Below are positions 21,333 to 32,055 of a stretch of DNA of 64,000 nt, one piece after another. A program made the translations under genes and the position numbers. Source of the DNA: Bacillota bacterium (lineage in GTDB: Bacteria > Bacillota > JAAYKD01); the NCBI GenBank assembly GCA_963666425.2, contig OY762825.2, forward strand, positions 384,001 to 448,000, written 5' to 3'. The notes beneath the pieces were generated by a model that did not search any database, was not told the DNA's origin, and worked only from the letters and a program-made list of their open reading frames with translations. Position 1 is the stretch's first letter. Every line of letters begins with the position of its first letter.

Positions 21333-23771
21333 TCACTCCACCGCATCATGTAACAGGATTTCAATAAATAACCCAGCCACTTTGGGATCAAATTGCGTCC
21401 CCGCGTTGGCTGCAATTTCCTGAATAGCAGCTTCTTTTGGCATTGCTTTGCGGTAAGCACGGTCTTGGGTCATGGCATCATAAGAATCCACCACCGCCAA
21501 GATGCGTGACAGCAGCGGAATTTCTTCGCCGCGCAGTCCCTGCGGATAACCAAAACCATCCCAGCGTTCGTGATGACAGAGAATATACTCGGCGATTTGA
21601 CTCAATTCCGGCACGGTTTGGGCGATACGATAACCGACTGCCGGATGTTTTTTTATCTCGTCCATCTCTTCCGTCGTGAGACGCCCTGGCTTGGTTAAAA
21701 TATTGCGGTCAATACTGATTTTACCGATGTCATGCAGCGTCGAGGCTAATTCTAAGGAAACCAAATCTTCCTCATTCAAGCCAAGTACCCTGCCCAGTTG
21801 TTTGGATAAATCCGCCAGCCGTTCGGCATGCTCTTCTGTTTCATTGCTTTTTTCAAACATGGTGGTTTTGATTGAGGAGATGATCGCGCTGTGCAGGCTT
21901 TTATGCGCCAGCAGCTTTCTCCTGGACATAAACTCTTCAGCGGTGTTATAAACTTTTTCAAAAGCTTCGTTCTCGCTTGTTTTGGTGGCATAACCAAGAG
22001 ATATACTTGTATAGTAGATTGTTTTATCTGTCCTGGCTGCGTATTCTTCACAAGTTCTTTTGATTTGATCATAAATCATTTTCGCTTGATCATAGTCAAG
22101 TTTCGGCAGCAGAATGCTGAATTCATCGCCACCGGTCCGGGCGATAATATCTTGCGGTCGACAGCAAGTGCGCAAGATATTTGCTATTTCTATTAAAAGC
22201 TGGTCGCCTTCCATATGTCCAAAGGCATCATTGATCAGCTTTAAGCCATCAATATCGGCGATGATGACCGACAGCGGCAGCTGCGCTGCTGTATCAAGGC
22301 GCTTCAATTCCTGATCGAAAAACGTTCTATTATATAACCCGGTTAAAACATCGTGATAGTTGAGGAAAAGAATTTCTTCTTCTTTTTGCTTACGCTCTGT
22401 GATATCGCGGCTGACGCCGATCATACCCATTAAACTGCCGTCAGGAGCAAACAACAGTGTTTTCAGCGTATCCAGGTAAACCTGCCTGCCGTCCGGATAA
22501 GTGACGAATTCCTCATTTTTTCTTTGACCCTTCTGCATCATCATCGCCTGATCCATGGTGCGAAACAGCTCCGCTGTTTTTTGATCAAAGAGATCATAAT
22601 CGGTTAGGCCAATGATGTTACTCTCTTCTTTCCCTGTGAATTTAGCAAAGGCTTGATTGCAGCCTAAATATCTGCCCTCGATGTCCTTGTAAAAAATCAA
22701 ATCCGGGATGGAATCAAAAAGAGAGAGCAAGACGGTCTGTTTTTTTTCATATTCCAGGTATAGGCTTTTATAATTCTCTCTGCTCTCCTTCAGACTCACT
22801 TCTGCCTTCATCATTTCAGTGATATCCTGAATCATACATAAATAATTCTTCTCCTGCAGAGGATCGGCAATCAGGGAAACCACCGTCATGTGAACCCAGA
22901 CGTTCGAACCATCTGGTTTGAGAAATCGTTTATTCATGGTATAGTCATGAATTTGACCGGCAATCAGCTGATGAAATTGGTCGAGATCGCTTTGCAGATC
23001 GTCCGGATGCGTATAACTTTGCCAGCGCAGGGCAGTGATCTCCGCTTCGGTACGTCCCAGAATCATTTCAAAGACGCGATTCACAAATAAAAGCCCGTTC
23101 ACGTTGGCAAAAGCGATCCCGATGGGAGCCTGTTCGAACATGGTGCGAAAACGCAGATCACTTTCTTTTAAATCAATTTCTGTTTGCTTCGTGTTCAAGC
23201 CTCTGATGGTGGACAAGCAAATCAGGACCGTGACAATGGGATAGACCAGCAAAATAGGAAGACTGATCGCTTGCAGGACAGAAAAGATCATTTGCCGTGG
23301 CAAAGTAACCATGCAAGCCAGCATGGCCAGATGAGTAACCCAACCAAAAAGGTAAAATTCCAACCAGGTCAGTTGGTTTTTTTGCAAAATACGCTGCAGC
23401 CGCAATTGCCGCCAGACTAAACCAATGCCAGCCGTGACAGCGGTAACCAAGACACCGGTAAAGGCACCGGCTCCTCCGATCATCATGCGATAAAGACTGA
23501 TGATCAGCACCGCAATCAAGGTTGGGATTGCCCCCATCAGCAAGCCGGTCGTACTGACGAGAATGGATCGCGTATCGAAAATCACTTCCGGGGTCAGATT
23601 CACGGTATTCAGCATTAAAAAGATACCGACAATCCCGATGATGATACCCACTTCCACATCATAGGATTTCTTCTTTTCCTTGGGATGTAAAGAGAGCAAA
23701 TTCAGCAGTATGCTCATGGCGAGTAATAAAGCTGCATTCAGGATGAGATTTTGCATTAATTCCATTGACAT
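21333..23771 (-). CDS. Membrane c-di-GMP enzyme, 5TM-LYT sensor-PAS-PAS-GGDEF-HD-GYP
   Basis: N-terminal TMs with a DTR motif; two PAS domains; RPQD I-site and TGGDEF; LHDIGK and HHERWDGFGYP. Confidence 0.9.
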   Translation of the reverse strand: MSMELMQNLILNAALLLAMSILLNLLSLHPKEKKKSYDVEVGIIIGIVGIFLMLNTVNLTPEVIFDTRSILVSTTGLLMGAIPTLIAVLIISLYRMMIGGAGAFTGVLVTAVTAGIGLVWRQLRLQRILQKNQLTWLEFYLFGWVTHLAMLACMVTLPRQMIFSVLQAISLPILLVYPIVTVLICLSTIRGLNTKQTEIDLKESDLRFRTMFEQAPIGIAFANVNGLLFVNRVFEMILGRTEAEITALRWQSYTHPDDLQSDLDQFHQLIAGQIHDYTMNKRFLKPDGSNVWVHMTVVSLIADPLQEKNYLCMIQDITEMMKAEVSLKESRENYKSLYLEYEKKQTVLLSLFDSIPDLIFYKDIEGRYLGCNQAFAKFTGKEESNIIGLTDYDLFDQKTAELFRTMDQAMMMQKGQRKNEEFVTYPDGRQVYLDTLKTLLFAPDGSLMGMIGVSRDITERKQKEEEILFLNYHDVLTGLYNRTFFDQELKRLDTAAQLPLSVIIADIDGLKLINDAFGHMEGDQLLIEIANILRTCCRPQDIIARTGGDEFSILLPKLDYDQAKMIYDQIKRTCEEYAARTDKTIYYTSISLGYATKTSENEAFEKVYNTAEEFMSRRKLLAHKSLHSAIISSIKTTMFEKSNETEEHAERLADLSKQLGRVLGLNEEDLVSLELASTLHDIGKISIDRNILTKPGRLTTEEMDEIKKHPAVGYRIAQTVPELSQIAEYILCHHERWDGFGYPQGLRGEEIPLLSRILAVVDSYDAMTQDRAYRKAMPKEAAIQEIAANAGTQFDPKVAGLFIEILLHDAVE

Positions 23772-24064
23772 TTTCTGCCCCCTTAATCAATCCGGCAGCT
23801 GATTTTAAGGCATACCGGGTTTTCATTCTTTCTGCATTGAACTCGAGCCATCGATTTTTCGGCTCTGAATGGCGGCTGTCTCTAGCAATTAATCTGCTTG
23901 TGCATCATTTCGACATGATATCTCTGATTCCTTTTTAAACCGCAATGATATTTCGTAAACAAAGAGAGTCATCCGTTTTAATTCTCTTCCTTCGCTTGAC
24001 TATTCTTGATGATTCCATATAATATAAAGAGAATCAGATCCTATAATGAGAAGAGGTTACCGCC

Positions 24065-24841
24065 GTGGACTCGAGCCAAACTGTGCAAAATCGACTTTCT
24101 TCTGTCATCCTCAAGCTGGGGGTTGCCGCCTCCTGTCTTTTTGGTATTTTCAGTCATCATCTGAGTTGGAGCGGCGGTTTTATGAATTCTATTTTTAAAG
24201 CCTTTACCATTCAAAGCAACCTCTGGATCTCCGTAATTTGCCTGACTTTTTTCGGTTTTGAGCTTCGGGGTCAGGGTCAACGCAAGATTCCCCAGGGACT
24301 CCAGCTGCTGAAATTCATGTTTACTTCTTCAATTCTGCTCACCTGGAGCGTATTTGCGGTCTTGTTGTCTCCAACCATGACGACGGCTTACCTGCTTTCC
24401 CAGTCGAATTTATTCCTGCATAATCTCACGCCGGTTTTAGCGCTGCTGGATTATCTGAATTTCGATTCCGATAGCCAAGTCGGAGCGAAGCAGCTTCCCT
24501 TCAGTCTGGTCATGCCTTTGTTTTATACCATCTTCTTTTGTGTAGCTTATGCCTGCACCGGTAAGCTGCCGGTACAGTACTTTTTCCTTGATTACAAGAA
24601 ATATGGCTGGTTCCGGATCACAAAAAAAGGAATCGGGGTAATCTATTGGATCGGCTTCCTTTCACTTGGCTTGCTGGGCATTAGCGCAGCGATGCTCAAA
24701 CTAAAAACCCTTCATCCCAAAAAGCCACTCATTATTTCCCTACTCAGTGCTGCGCTGATGTTGGGTATCAGCGGTTGCTTGGCTTGGATCAGTGCCATTC
24801 TGCAAAAAAAAGCGAAACAAAAACCAGCTGCCTCCGTGTGA
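24065..24841 (+). CDS. Pr6Pr/FAR-17a-AIG1-like integral membrane protein
   Basis: FTIQSN, LHNLTPVLALLDY and YFFLD motifs; about 7 TM helices. Confidence 0.65.
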   Translation: MDSSQTVQNRLSSVILKLGVAASCLFGIFSHHLSWSGGFMNSIFKAFTIQSNLWISVICLTFFGFELRGQGQRKIPQGLQLLKFMFTSSILLTWSVFAVLLSPTMTTAYLLSQSNLFLHNLTPVLALLDYLNFDSDSQVGAKQLPFSLVMPLFYTIFFCVAYACTGKLPVQYFFLDYKKYGWFRITKKGIGVIYWIGFLSLGLLGISAAMLKLKTLHPKKPLIISLLSAALMLGISGCLAWISAILQKKAKQKPAASV

Positions 24842-24937
24842 GACGGCTGGTTTTTATCAATATACTTAAAATAACAGCGCCCGAAAAGAATGCGCAAATG
24901 TTCAAGACTCTTCCCAACCCGAGAATTCCTAAGCAAT

Positions 24938-25354
24938 TTATACAGTAACGTATTTCTTAACAAAAGCAACCGCGGCCGCAAGTTCGGCGCTGTTGGGATG
25001 GCCTATTCCGAAAAACAGAAAATTCCCCTGACAGACAAATTCATCTGCTGCAACTTCAATGCCATTACGGACCAAAATTTGCCGAATCGTATCCTGTTTT
25101 TGCCGATTACTCATGCAAGATGTGATCAAGAGAACTTTTTTAACCTGTTGTTTGCCGAGACTCTCCGCATAAGCAATCATTTCAGGCGAACTGGCACCGG
25201 CATAAATCCCACCAACCAAAACGAGCAGATCTACCGCTTCCAAGAGCGGTTTTGCTTTGACATCAACGGCTTGCAGCTGCAAAGAATTGGCAATGGCATC
25301 GGCAATTTTCTTTGAATGTCCTGTTCTGGAAAAATAAACGACTGCTGTTTTCAT
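24938..25354 (-). CDS. Flavodoxin-like protein
   Basis: VVYFSRTGHSKKIA FMN-binding loop; GGAGG RBS before MKTAV. Confidence 0.8.
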   Translation of the reverse strand: MKTAVVYFSRTGHSKKIADAIANSLQLQAVDVKAKPLLEAVDLLVLVGGIYAGASSPEMIAYAESLGKQQVKKVLLITSCMSNRQKQDTIRQILVRNGIEVAADEFVCQGNFLFFGIGHPNSAELAAAVAFVKKYVTV

Positions 25355-25373
25355 TTTTATCCTCCTCTCTTTT

Positions 25374-25679
25374 TCATTTTTTAAGCTTCTCATCCTCATC
25401 CCGCGCTCGCACATAAAAACGATACTCCAGCGGGGTAGCTTCTTTGGCAACGGCAGTCATCTCAACCACCTCAACCAGTTTTTTCAGTTTATCTTTGAGC
25501 AGAGGTTGTAAACAGCTGGGCAGATGCTCGCCATGGTAGCGATGCAGCGCAACGCATTCTCTGCATTTTCCGTGCCATTCACACAGGGTGTTGACACAAG
25601 TACATTGCACAACTTCCGGCTGCTCTGCCAAAGCGCGGTTTTGCAGCACCAAATCGTAATATTCTTCTTTTGTCCGCAT
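25374..25679 (-). CDS. Small Cys/His-rich putative metal-binding protein
   Basis: CTC-x4-C-x2-HGKC-x2-C-x3-H...HLPSC; GGAGG RBS. Confidence 0.65.
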   Translation of the reverse strand: MRTKEEYYDLVLQNRALAEQPEVVQCTCVNTLCEWHGKCRECVALHRYHGEHLPSCLQPLLKDKLKKLVEVVEMTAVAKEATPLEYRFYVRARDEDEKLKK

Positions 25680-25695
25680 GGTGACCTCCAAAAAT

Positions 25696-26583
25696 CTAAT
25701 CTATACTCGTATCCGGGAGTTCGATCTTCTGCCGTGATGTTACCGTTAGGTCGACCCCCGTCATGGGATGCGCAAAACTCAAACTCACTGCGCAGAGCTG
25801 CTGACTCTGATAACCATACCTTCTGGAAAATTGCTGCGAAGCAGCGGTGCCGTACTGCGAGTCACCTAGAAGGGGGAATCCTGCATAGGCGCAATGCACG
25901 CGCAGTTGGTGGGTGCGTCCGGTTTCCGGCTGCAACCGCAGCAGGCTGCACGCCGCAGTTTTCTGCAGTACCTGGTAAAAGGTCTTGGCATACTGTCCAT
26001 CCTCGCGCACACAGCGCAGCAGACTGGTCTCTGAGAGGCGGGCGATCGGCTGACAGATGACAGCCTGATCCTGTGCAGGATGACCAAAGACTGCTGCGTG
26101 ATAAGTTTTCACGATGCAGCCGCTGTTGAGCTGCTCACTCATTTTAGCATGGATATGCGCATTTTTGGCAATCAGCACCACACCAAAGGTATCGCGGTCG
26201 AGCCGATTGACCAGATGAATCGCACATTTCTGATTGGTCTGTTGATAATAATATAAGATGCGGTTAGCTAACATGCCGGACTCCCGATTGGCAGTCGGGT
26301 GCATGATGATGCCGCTGGGCTTATCCAGGGCAAGCAGGGCTTCATCTTCATAAAGAATGGTCAAATCACCTGCTTCGGCGGCATAGTTGGGCGCCTGCTC
26401 TTCGATCTCAATGCTGATCAAGTCGCCGACGGCAACACGATGATAGAGCCTGACCTGTTCCCCATTGACACGGCAAACATTGCGCAGTTTCAGCCGTTTT
26501 GTCAAAGTTGCCGAAAGTCCCATTTCACTGCGCATGAAAGTAATCAGCTTTCCCTCCCGCACTGCGGTATGTTCAAGCAGCAA
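25696..26583 (-). CDS. RluA/RluD-family pseudouridine synthase
   Basis: S4-like N-terminus; DKPSG, NRLDRDTFG, TGRTHQLRVH and GDSQYG motifs. Confidence 0.9.
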   Translation of the reverse strand: MLLEHTAVREGKLITFMRSEMGLSATLTKRLKLRNVCRVNGEQVRLYHRVAVGDLISIEIEEQAPNYAAEAGDLTILYEDEALLALDKPSGIIMHPTANRESGMLANRILYYYQQTNQKCAIHLVNRLDRDTFGVVLIAKNAHIHAKMSEQLNSGCIVKTYHAAVFGHPAQDQAVICQPIARLSETSLLRCVREDGQYAKTFYQVLQKTAACSLLRLQPETGRTHQLRVHCAYAGFPLLGDSQYGTAASQQFSRRYGYQSQQLCAVSLSFAHPMTGVDLTVTSRQKIELPDTSID

Positions 26584-26605
26584 AGGAACACCTCCCCGAT
26601 CTCAA

Positions 26606-27241
26606 TTATTCCAAGCTCAATTTCCTGCCCAACAGATAGGCTCGCTGCAGATCCTGCGGAAAACCGTTCTCACGTTGCTCACTTTTCAGTTTTGCATCAA
26701 ACATAGGCGCATGATATTGACTGTAATCAGCAAACTGATACGTATCGCGCGCAGCGAGAGTCTCCACCTGTCCAAACAGCCGCTTTAAGGTTCGCTCCAG
26801 GCTCATTTGCTGAAAGGGCCGATACACACTGTCATCCGCTACATTCATCGTATAGATGACTGCTGTTTTCTTGCTTCCGGTAAATAAACTGGGAATTTCC
26901 CGATCATATGACGTCAAGGGAAAGACCAGACGTTCAAAGAAAGACCTTATTTCTCCGCTGACATCTCCGAAATAAATCGGTGAACCCAAAATCAGGATCT
27001 CTGCCCGCAGCGCTTTGGCTAAAACCTCAGTCAAGGCGTCCTGCATGGCACACTTGCCATAACTTTTGCCGCCCTTTCGTTTACACTCAAAACAGCTAGT
27101 GCAGCCTTTGTAAGTATAATCATATAAATGAACCATTTCCGTCTGGGCGCCGGCGTCTGCCGCTCCTTTTAAGGCACTCTCCAACATCTGGGCTGTGTTC
27201 CATTTTTTTCTCGGACTGCCATTGATTGCCAATGCCTCCAT
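26606..27241 (-). CDS. Iron-sulfur flavoprotein / NADPH-dependent FMN reductase family
   Basis: INGSPRKKWNT, CTSCFEC...C and GSPIYFG motifs. Confidence 0.85.
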   Translation of the reverse strand: MEALAINGSPRKKWNTAQMLESALKGAADAGAQTEMVHLYDYTYKGCTSCFECKRKGGKSYGKCAMQDALTEVLAKALRAEILILGSPIYFGDVSGEIRSFFERLVFPLTSYDREIPSLFTGSKKTAVIYTMNVADDSVYRPFQQMSLERTLKRLFGQVETLAARDTYQFADYSQYHAPMFDAKLKSEQRENGFPQDLQRAYLLGRKLSLE

Positions 27242-27296
27242 GCTGATGATTCCCCTTTCCCGCTTGCTTCCTTTTTATTTTCAGCCGGACCTTAGC

Positions 27297-30200
27297 TTAT
27301 ACTCCCGACTGCTGATTCAAAACTTGTTCAAGAAAAATCTTGACAATGTCCGGGTCAAACTGCGTCCCAGCGGCACGCAGGAGTTCCGTTTTTGCTTCTT
27401 CCAGCGTCATCGATTTCTTGTAAGGCCGCTCCGCCGTCATTGCTTCAAAGGCATCAGCGACACTGATGATGCGGGAAATCAACAAAATCTGATTCCCTTT
27501 TAAACCGGTCGGATAACCTTTGCCATCCCAATGTTCGTGGTGCTGCAAAGCATGGATCGCTAAATCGGAATACTCATCGGCCGCCCGCAGGATATGATAA
27601 CCAACTTGAGTGTGGTTTTTGATCAGGTCATATTCTTCCGCGCTCAATTTCCCCGGTTTTTGCAGAATAGCATCCGGGATTGACATCTTGCCGATATCAT
27701 GATACATTCCCGCCATTTCCAGTTCCTTCAGTTGATCTGCAGATAAATACATCGCCTCGCCAATACGGCGGGCATAAGAACTGACCCGTTCGGAATGTAT
27801 CTTTTCCAATTGGTACTTATCGGTCAGAGTTTGCAGAATCGCTTGGATCGCACGGTTGCGCATACTGATACCTTCGGTGAATTTTTGACGGTACATATGA
27901 TTCTCCGCGGTTTTCAGCATTTCATCCAGGCTTTTAAAGTGGCCTTCATTGCTTTCGTAACCGATGGCAATCGATAAAGGAACATTCATAATCAGATTCT
28001 CCGACATACTTTGCCTGATCGCATCCTTACAAGCATCCATTGCCTGCAGGGATGTGTTCGGTAATAAAATGGCGAATTCATCCCCGCCGATGCGCGCAAT
28101 CACATCACAAGGCTGAAACGCCTTGCTCAAAATTCCCGTTACAGCAGTCAGCGCCAGATCGCCTGCTGTATGGCCATAGGCATCATTGATGATTTTCAAA
28201 CCATTGACATCCAACATCATGACACCCAATGGATATTGCTCTGTGCGTACAAAAGTATCGAAAGCCTCAACAAAATATCTGCGGTTAAACAATCCAGTCA
28301 AATAATCATGGTTGCCCAGATATTCAATCTCACGCTGCTTCTGCTTCTTTTCCGTGACATCCCGGAACACCAGGACAGCACCGATGATTTCACCATTGAC
28401 ATGATGAATGGGTGAAGCACAGTCTTCAATGAAATAACGGCTGCCGTCTTTGGCAACTAAAATCGTATGATTCGCTAATTCCACAACATCACCGGACAGG
28501 AAGACTTTGTCGACTGGATTTTCACAGGGCAAATTGTTCAGATCAGAAATAATCTGAAACACCTCCGCAAAAGGTTTGCCTTGCGCTTCCTTTTCTTGCC
28601 AGCCCGTCAACCGCTCTGCCACTTCATTTATTGACGTAACACGCCCCTGCGCATCGGTAGCGATCACACCGTCTCCGATCGAATGCAGGGTAGCACTTAA
28701 GGTTTCCGTTTCCTGCAGCAGTTGTAATTCCAATTGTTTCCGTAGATTGATCACTTCGGTATAGACAATAATGCCGCCGATTTGTTGATTATCTTCATAC
28801 CAAGGCCGACATTCCCAGCGCGTCCAGTCTACACTGCCGTCCTGATGCAGGTAAGGATCGTCCTCCGCTTTCGAAACGATACCTTTCAATGCCATTTGAT
28901 GCACATCCCGCCATTTTTGCGGTAAATCCGGAAATACATCATAATGATTTTTACCAATAATATCTTGACCTATAATTCCATATTCCTCCAGGTATCTCTC
29001 ACTGACAAATAGATAATTCAGCTCTCTGTCGAAAACAGACACCCCGCCATTGCTGTGATTGATGATATAGTCCAGTAAATCATGCGACTGCTGCAAGGCT
29101 TTCTCCGCTTTCTTCCGATCGGTAATATCAGAAACCAAAACCGCAAACTGCCCTGGCTTTGTGGCATAGGTATAAGTTGCATAATAGCGCTTGGTCGTCT
29201 CCAGGTAATTTTCATAATAGATGGCTTCGCCGCTCAGGGCTACTTTACCAAACACCTCAATCCAATAGGGCTCCACCTGCGGCATCACCTCGGTAATGCG
29301 TTTCCCTATTGCATTTTCCCGCGTGACACCCAATAATCTTGTGTAACTATCATTCAGATCTAAAAAAACATAGTCCACGGGTTTCCCGTTGGTATCGGTG
29401 ATAATTTCATGCAAAGCGAGTCCCTGGCTCATGGAGGAATAGAGCAGCCGATATTTTTGTTCTGACTCCTGTAATTGCTGCTGCAATTTGATTCGCTCCG
29501 TGATATCCTGTTGATTGCCGAAATGACCGATGACTTTTCCGGTCTCGTCATACATGACAATGTAATCGCCTTCAATGATCATCACACTGCCGTCGGCACG
29601 TCTTTCCTCTGTTGTAATATGCAGATAGCCTGCATCCAACATCTGCCGCCAGAGAGCAAGCCCTTGCTCCAGTTGACCGGCAAACAGATCACGTGGCGTC
29701 TTTGACATCATTTCTGCTTCACTTAGGCCATACTGCTGTAACAGTGCCGGATTGACTTTTGTATCGCGTTGGTGATCAAAAATATACGCCAGCGCTTTTT
29801 CTTTATCGATGGTATCGTTCCATTCAACCGGCTGATCGAGCATCATAAAAAAGAAACCGGTCAGCGATTGTGTAAAAAATAGGTTGAGCAACCGTTCACT
29901 TTTTTCTTTGATCTCCGTTTCAGCCGTGAGCTTTTGGTTTAATTCTGCTAAGGTTCGACGGGCATTTTCCAATTTACTGGTTCTTTCTTCCACCAAATAT
30001 TCCAAGTGATTCATGATCGATTCTGTTTTTTCAGCCATGGTATTGAAGGCCTGGGTGAGATTGCCAATCTCATCGGCTCGCCTTATCGCCACACGTGGGG
30101 AGAAATTGCCTTCTCCATATTCTTTTGTTGCTTTGACTAAAGCAGCTAACGGTTGAAATGCTTTTTGCAAGTAGAACAAATAGAACAAGATCACCGCGAG

Positions 30201-31256
30201 GACTGCCAGAAAGAACGCACCCAAAGCTAAACGAACATTGTCTCTCCAGCCGGTTTCCAGATAGGACTGCGGAATTGCGGAAAGAACAATCCAATCGATA
30301 CCCTTATTTTGCACTTCTACGGCACGGAAAAAATAATCAAGACCCTTGTCGATGTAGCGATAATTTTCTGTTCCTGTCGAAAGATACTGCTGATAAGCGC
30401 TGGACAAGGCGGAATTCCCCAACTGATCAATCTTTACTCTTTTTAATGTCCCATCTTCAGCAAAAGAAAAATCGGCGAGATTGAGGGAATTGGAAACCAG
30501 ATATTCAGAATCCTTTTCGATGATTGCGGCAAAACCTTGGCTTTGACTGACTGTCTCCTGCATAAATGTCTCAATACCGGAAAGGATAACATGTGCTCCT
30601 AAAACGCCTGCCAATTCACCGTTTGGCTGATAAATGGGATACGCTGCGGATACCGTCAGATCATTCATCACAAAGTGTTTATAGATGGGAGAAAACGTAC
30701 CGCTTGCTGCTGTTTTGGCTGTTGTATACCAATCCCGTGTTCTCGCATCAAAAACGGTGGCAGTCTGCGAGACAATGGCACCTGTACTCATATCCTCGTT
30801 TAGGCTGTAATACCAGGTATGGCCTCCGGTAGCGGCATTATTTCTCATGATTTCGATTTCACCGGCAGCATTTCTTCTGGCGCCATAATATTCGCCGGAT
30901 TCCGTCCCATAGCTGAAGCTGTAGACTGCCTTCTCGTAAGCAAGTAAAATACCTGCGAAATACTTTTCACGTTCAACCGTGTTATTCAGATCGACAATTC
31001 CATTCTCAAGAAGATGATGCTGTACTTCGTTGATTTGCAGCGGAACCTGCATAAATTCTTCAATTTGACTTTCGATTTTCGAATTCAAATTCGCTGCCAT
31101 TTGGTTCATCATCTCATCGGAGGAGGAACGCCAGTTGGAAAAAACAAAATAGCCAATTCCTATCGTTGAAATCCCCATGATTGTGATAAAAATAACAATA
31201 ATCGTTTGTTTGATGGTCAACTTATGCTTGAAAATGTTCGCGTTCATAGGGTTCAA
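27297..31256 (-). CDS. Membrane c-di-GMP enzyme, Cache-HAMP-multiPAS-GGDEF-HD-GYP
   Basis: TM-Cache (DARTRDWY)-TM-HAMP, about 4 PAS domains, RIGGDEF, YHDIGK and HHEHWDGKGYP. Confidence 0.9.
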   Translation of the reverse strand: MNPMNANIFKHKLTIKQTIIVIFITIMGISTIGIGYFVFSNWRSSSDEMMNQMAANLNSKIESQIEEFMQVPLQINEVQHHLLENGIVDLNNTVEREKYFAGILLAYEKAVYSFSYGTESGEYYGARRNAAGEIEIMRNNAATGGHTWYYSLNEDMSTGAIVSQTATVFDARTRDWYTTAKTAASGTFSPIYKHFVMNDLTVSAAYPIYQPNGELAGVLGAHVILSGIETFMQETVSQSQGFAAIIEKDSEYLVSNSLNLADFSFAEDGTLKRVKIDQLGNSALSSAYQQYLSTGTENYRYIDKGLDYFFRAVEVQNKGIDWIVLSAIPQSYLETGWRDNVRLALGAFFLAVLAVILFYLFYLQKAFQPLAALVKATKEYGEGNFSPRVAIRRADEIGNLTQAFNTMAEKTESIMNHLEYLVEERTSKLENARRTLAELNQKLTAETEIKEKSERLLNLFFTQSLTGFFFMMLDQPVEWNDTIDKEKALAYIFDHQRDTKVNPALLQQYGLSEAEMMSKTPRDLFAGQLEQGLALWRQMLDAGYLHITTEERRADGSVMIIEGDYIVMYDETGKVIGHFGNQQDITERIKLQQQLQESEQKYRLLYSSMSQGLALHEIITDTNGKPVDYVFLDLNDSYTRLLGVTRENAIGKRITEVMPQVEPYWIEVFGKVALSGEAIYYENYLETTKRYYATYTYATKPGQFAVLVSDITDRKKAEKALQQSHDLLDYIINHSNGGVSVFDRELNYLFVSERYLEEYGIIGQDIIGKNHYDVFPDLPQKWRDVHQMALKGIVSKAEDDPYLHQDGSVDWTRWECRPWYEDNQQIGGIIVYTEVINLRKQLELQLLQETETLSATLHSIGDGVIATDAQGRVTSINEVAERLTGWQEKEAQGKPFAEVFQIISDLNNLPCENPVDKVFLSGDVVELANHTILVAKDGSRYFIEDCASPIHHVNGEIIGAVLVFRDVTEKKQKQREIEYLGNHDYLTGLFNRRYFVEAFDTFVRTEQYPLGVMMLDVNGLKIINDAYGHTAGDLALTAVTGILSKAFQPCDVIARIGGDEFAILLPNTSLQAMDACKDAIRQSMSENLIMNVPLSIAIGYESNEGHFKSLDEMLKTAENHMYRQKFTEGISMRNRAIQAILQTLTDKYQLEKIHSERVSSYARRIGEAMYLSADQLKELEMAGMYHDIGKMSIPDAILQKPGKLSAEEYDLIKNHTQVGYHILRAADEYSDLAIHALQHHEHWDGKGYPTGLKGNQILLISRIISVADAFEAMTAERPYKKSMTLEEAKTELLRAAGTQFDPDIVKIFLEQVLNQQSGV

Positions 31257-31491
31257 CCTTTCTGGCTAGCGATAGAAATCGCTCGGGAATTTGGGCAAAC
31301 GGCAAATCAAGCACGGGAGTGTTAGGCACTCCGCTACGACAAGCATTGCTGGAATATAAAAAAGTAGACATCTGCTTTTTGGTTTTTACCTTGTTAATAG
31401 AATCAAAGAAATGCTTCCGGGTGGATTCGTAGTAGGCAAGTCCTGGGGCTTGCTTATTGTTTGCCTCTGGTACAGGTCAAAACGACTATTT

Positions 31492-32010
31492 TCAATTTTC
31501 TGTATGATAAACATATCTGCAAAGCGCTTGATCTTTGCCCTGATATTTCCCGATCCCATCAAAAATCAGCTGAAAACCGCAGTGTTGCAAGACTTTGCTC
31601 GAAGCAATATTCGCTTTCAAACAAACACCGTAGAGTTGACTGATCTGCAGTTGATCCATGATCACCGGCAAAAAAGCGGTCACCGCCTCTTTAGCGTAAC
31701 CTCTCCCGGTATGCGCTTTTGCGATATGATAACCAATCTCCCAACCTTCAGGAATTGTGACTGCCTGCACATAACCGATATTCTCTCCCTCCTGCAGGAG
31801 AATGGCATATACCAAAGGGCTCTTCTTGGTTTCGTAGGAGGTTAAGAGCAAAGCGATGGTGCTCTCGGCTTCTTCAACCGTTTCAAATACTTCATCCGGC
31901 ACGAATTGGCGATTATCGTCATCGAGAGAATTTTGATGTAGTGCCTTAGCCATATCCATACATAACTCTGTGATCATCAATCTTTCACTTTTAACTAAGA
32001 TACAATTCAC
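31492..32010 (-). CDS. GNAT acetyltransferase (RimJ/RimL-like)
   Basis: EIGYHI, GRGYAKEA and NIASSKVLQHCGF motifs. Confidence 0.85.
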   Translation of the reverse strand: MNCILVKSERLMITELCMDMAKALHQNSLDDDNRQFVPDEVFETVEEAESTIALLLTSYETKKSPLVYAILLQEGENIGYVQAVTIPEGWEIGYHIAKAHTGRGYAKEAVTAFLPVIMDQLQISQLYGVCLKANIASSKVLQHCGFQLIFDGIGKYQGKDQALCRYVYHTEN

Positions 32011-32055
32011 TTTCTTTACCTCACAATCTTTCGTAAATAAAATTCTACACCTTTA

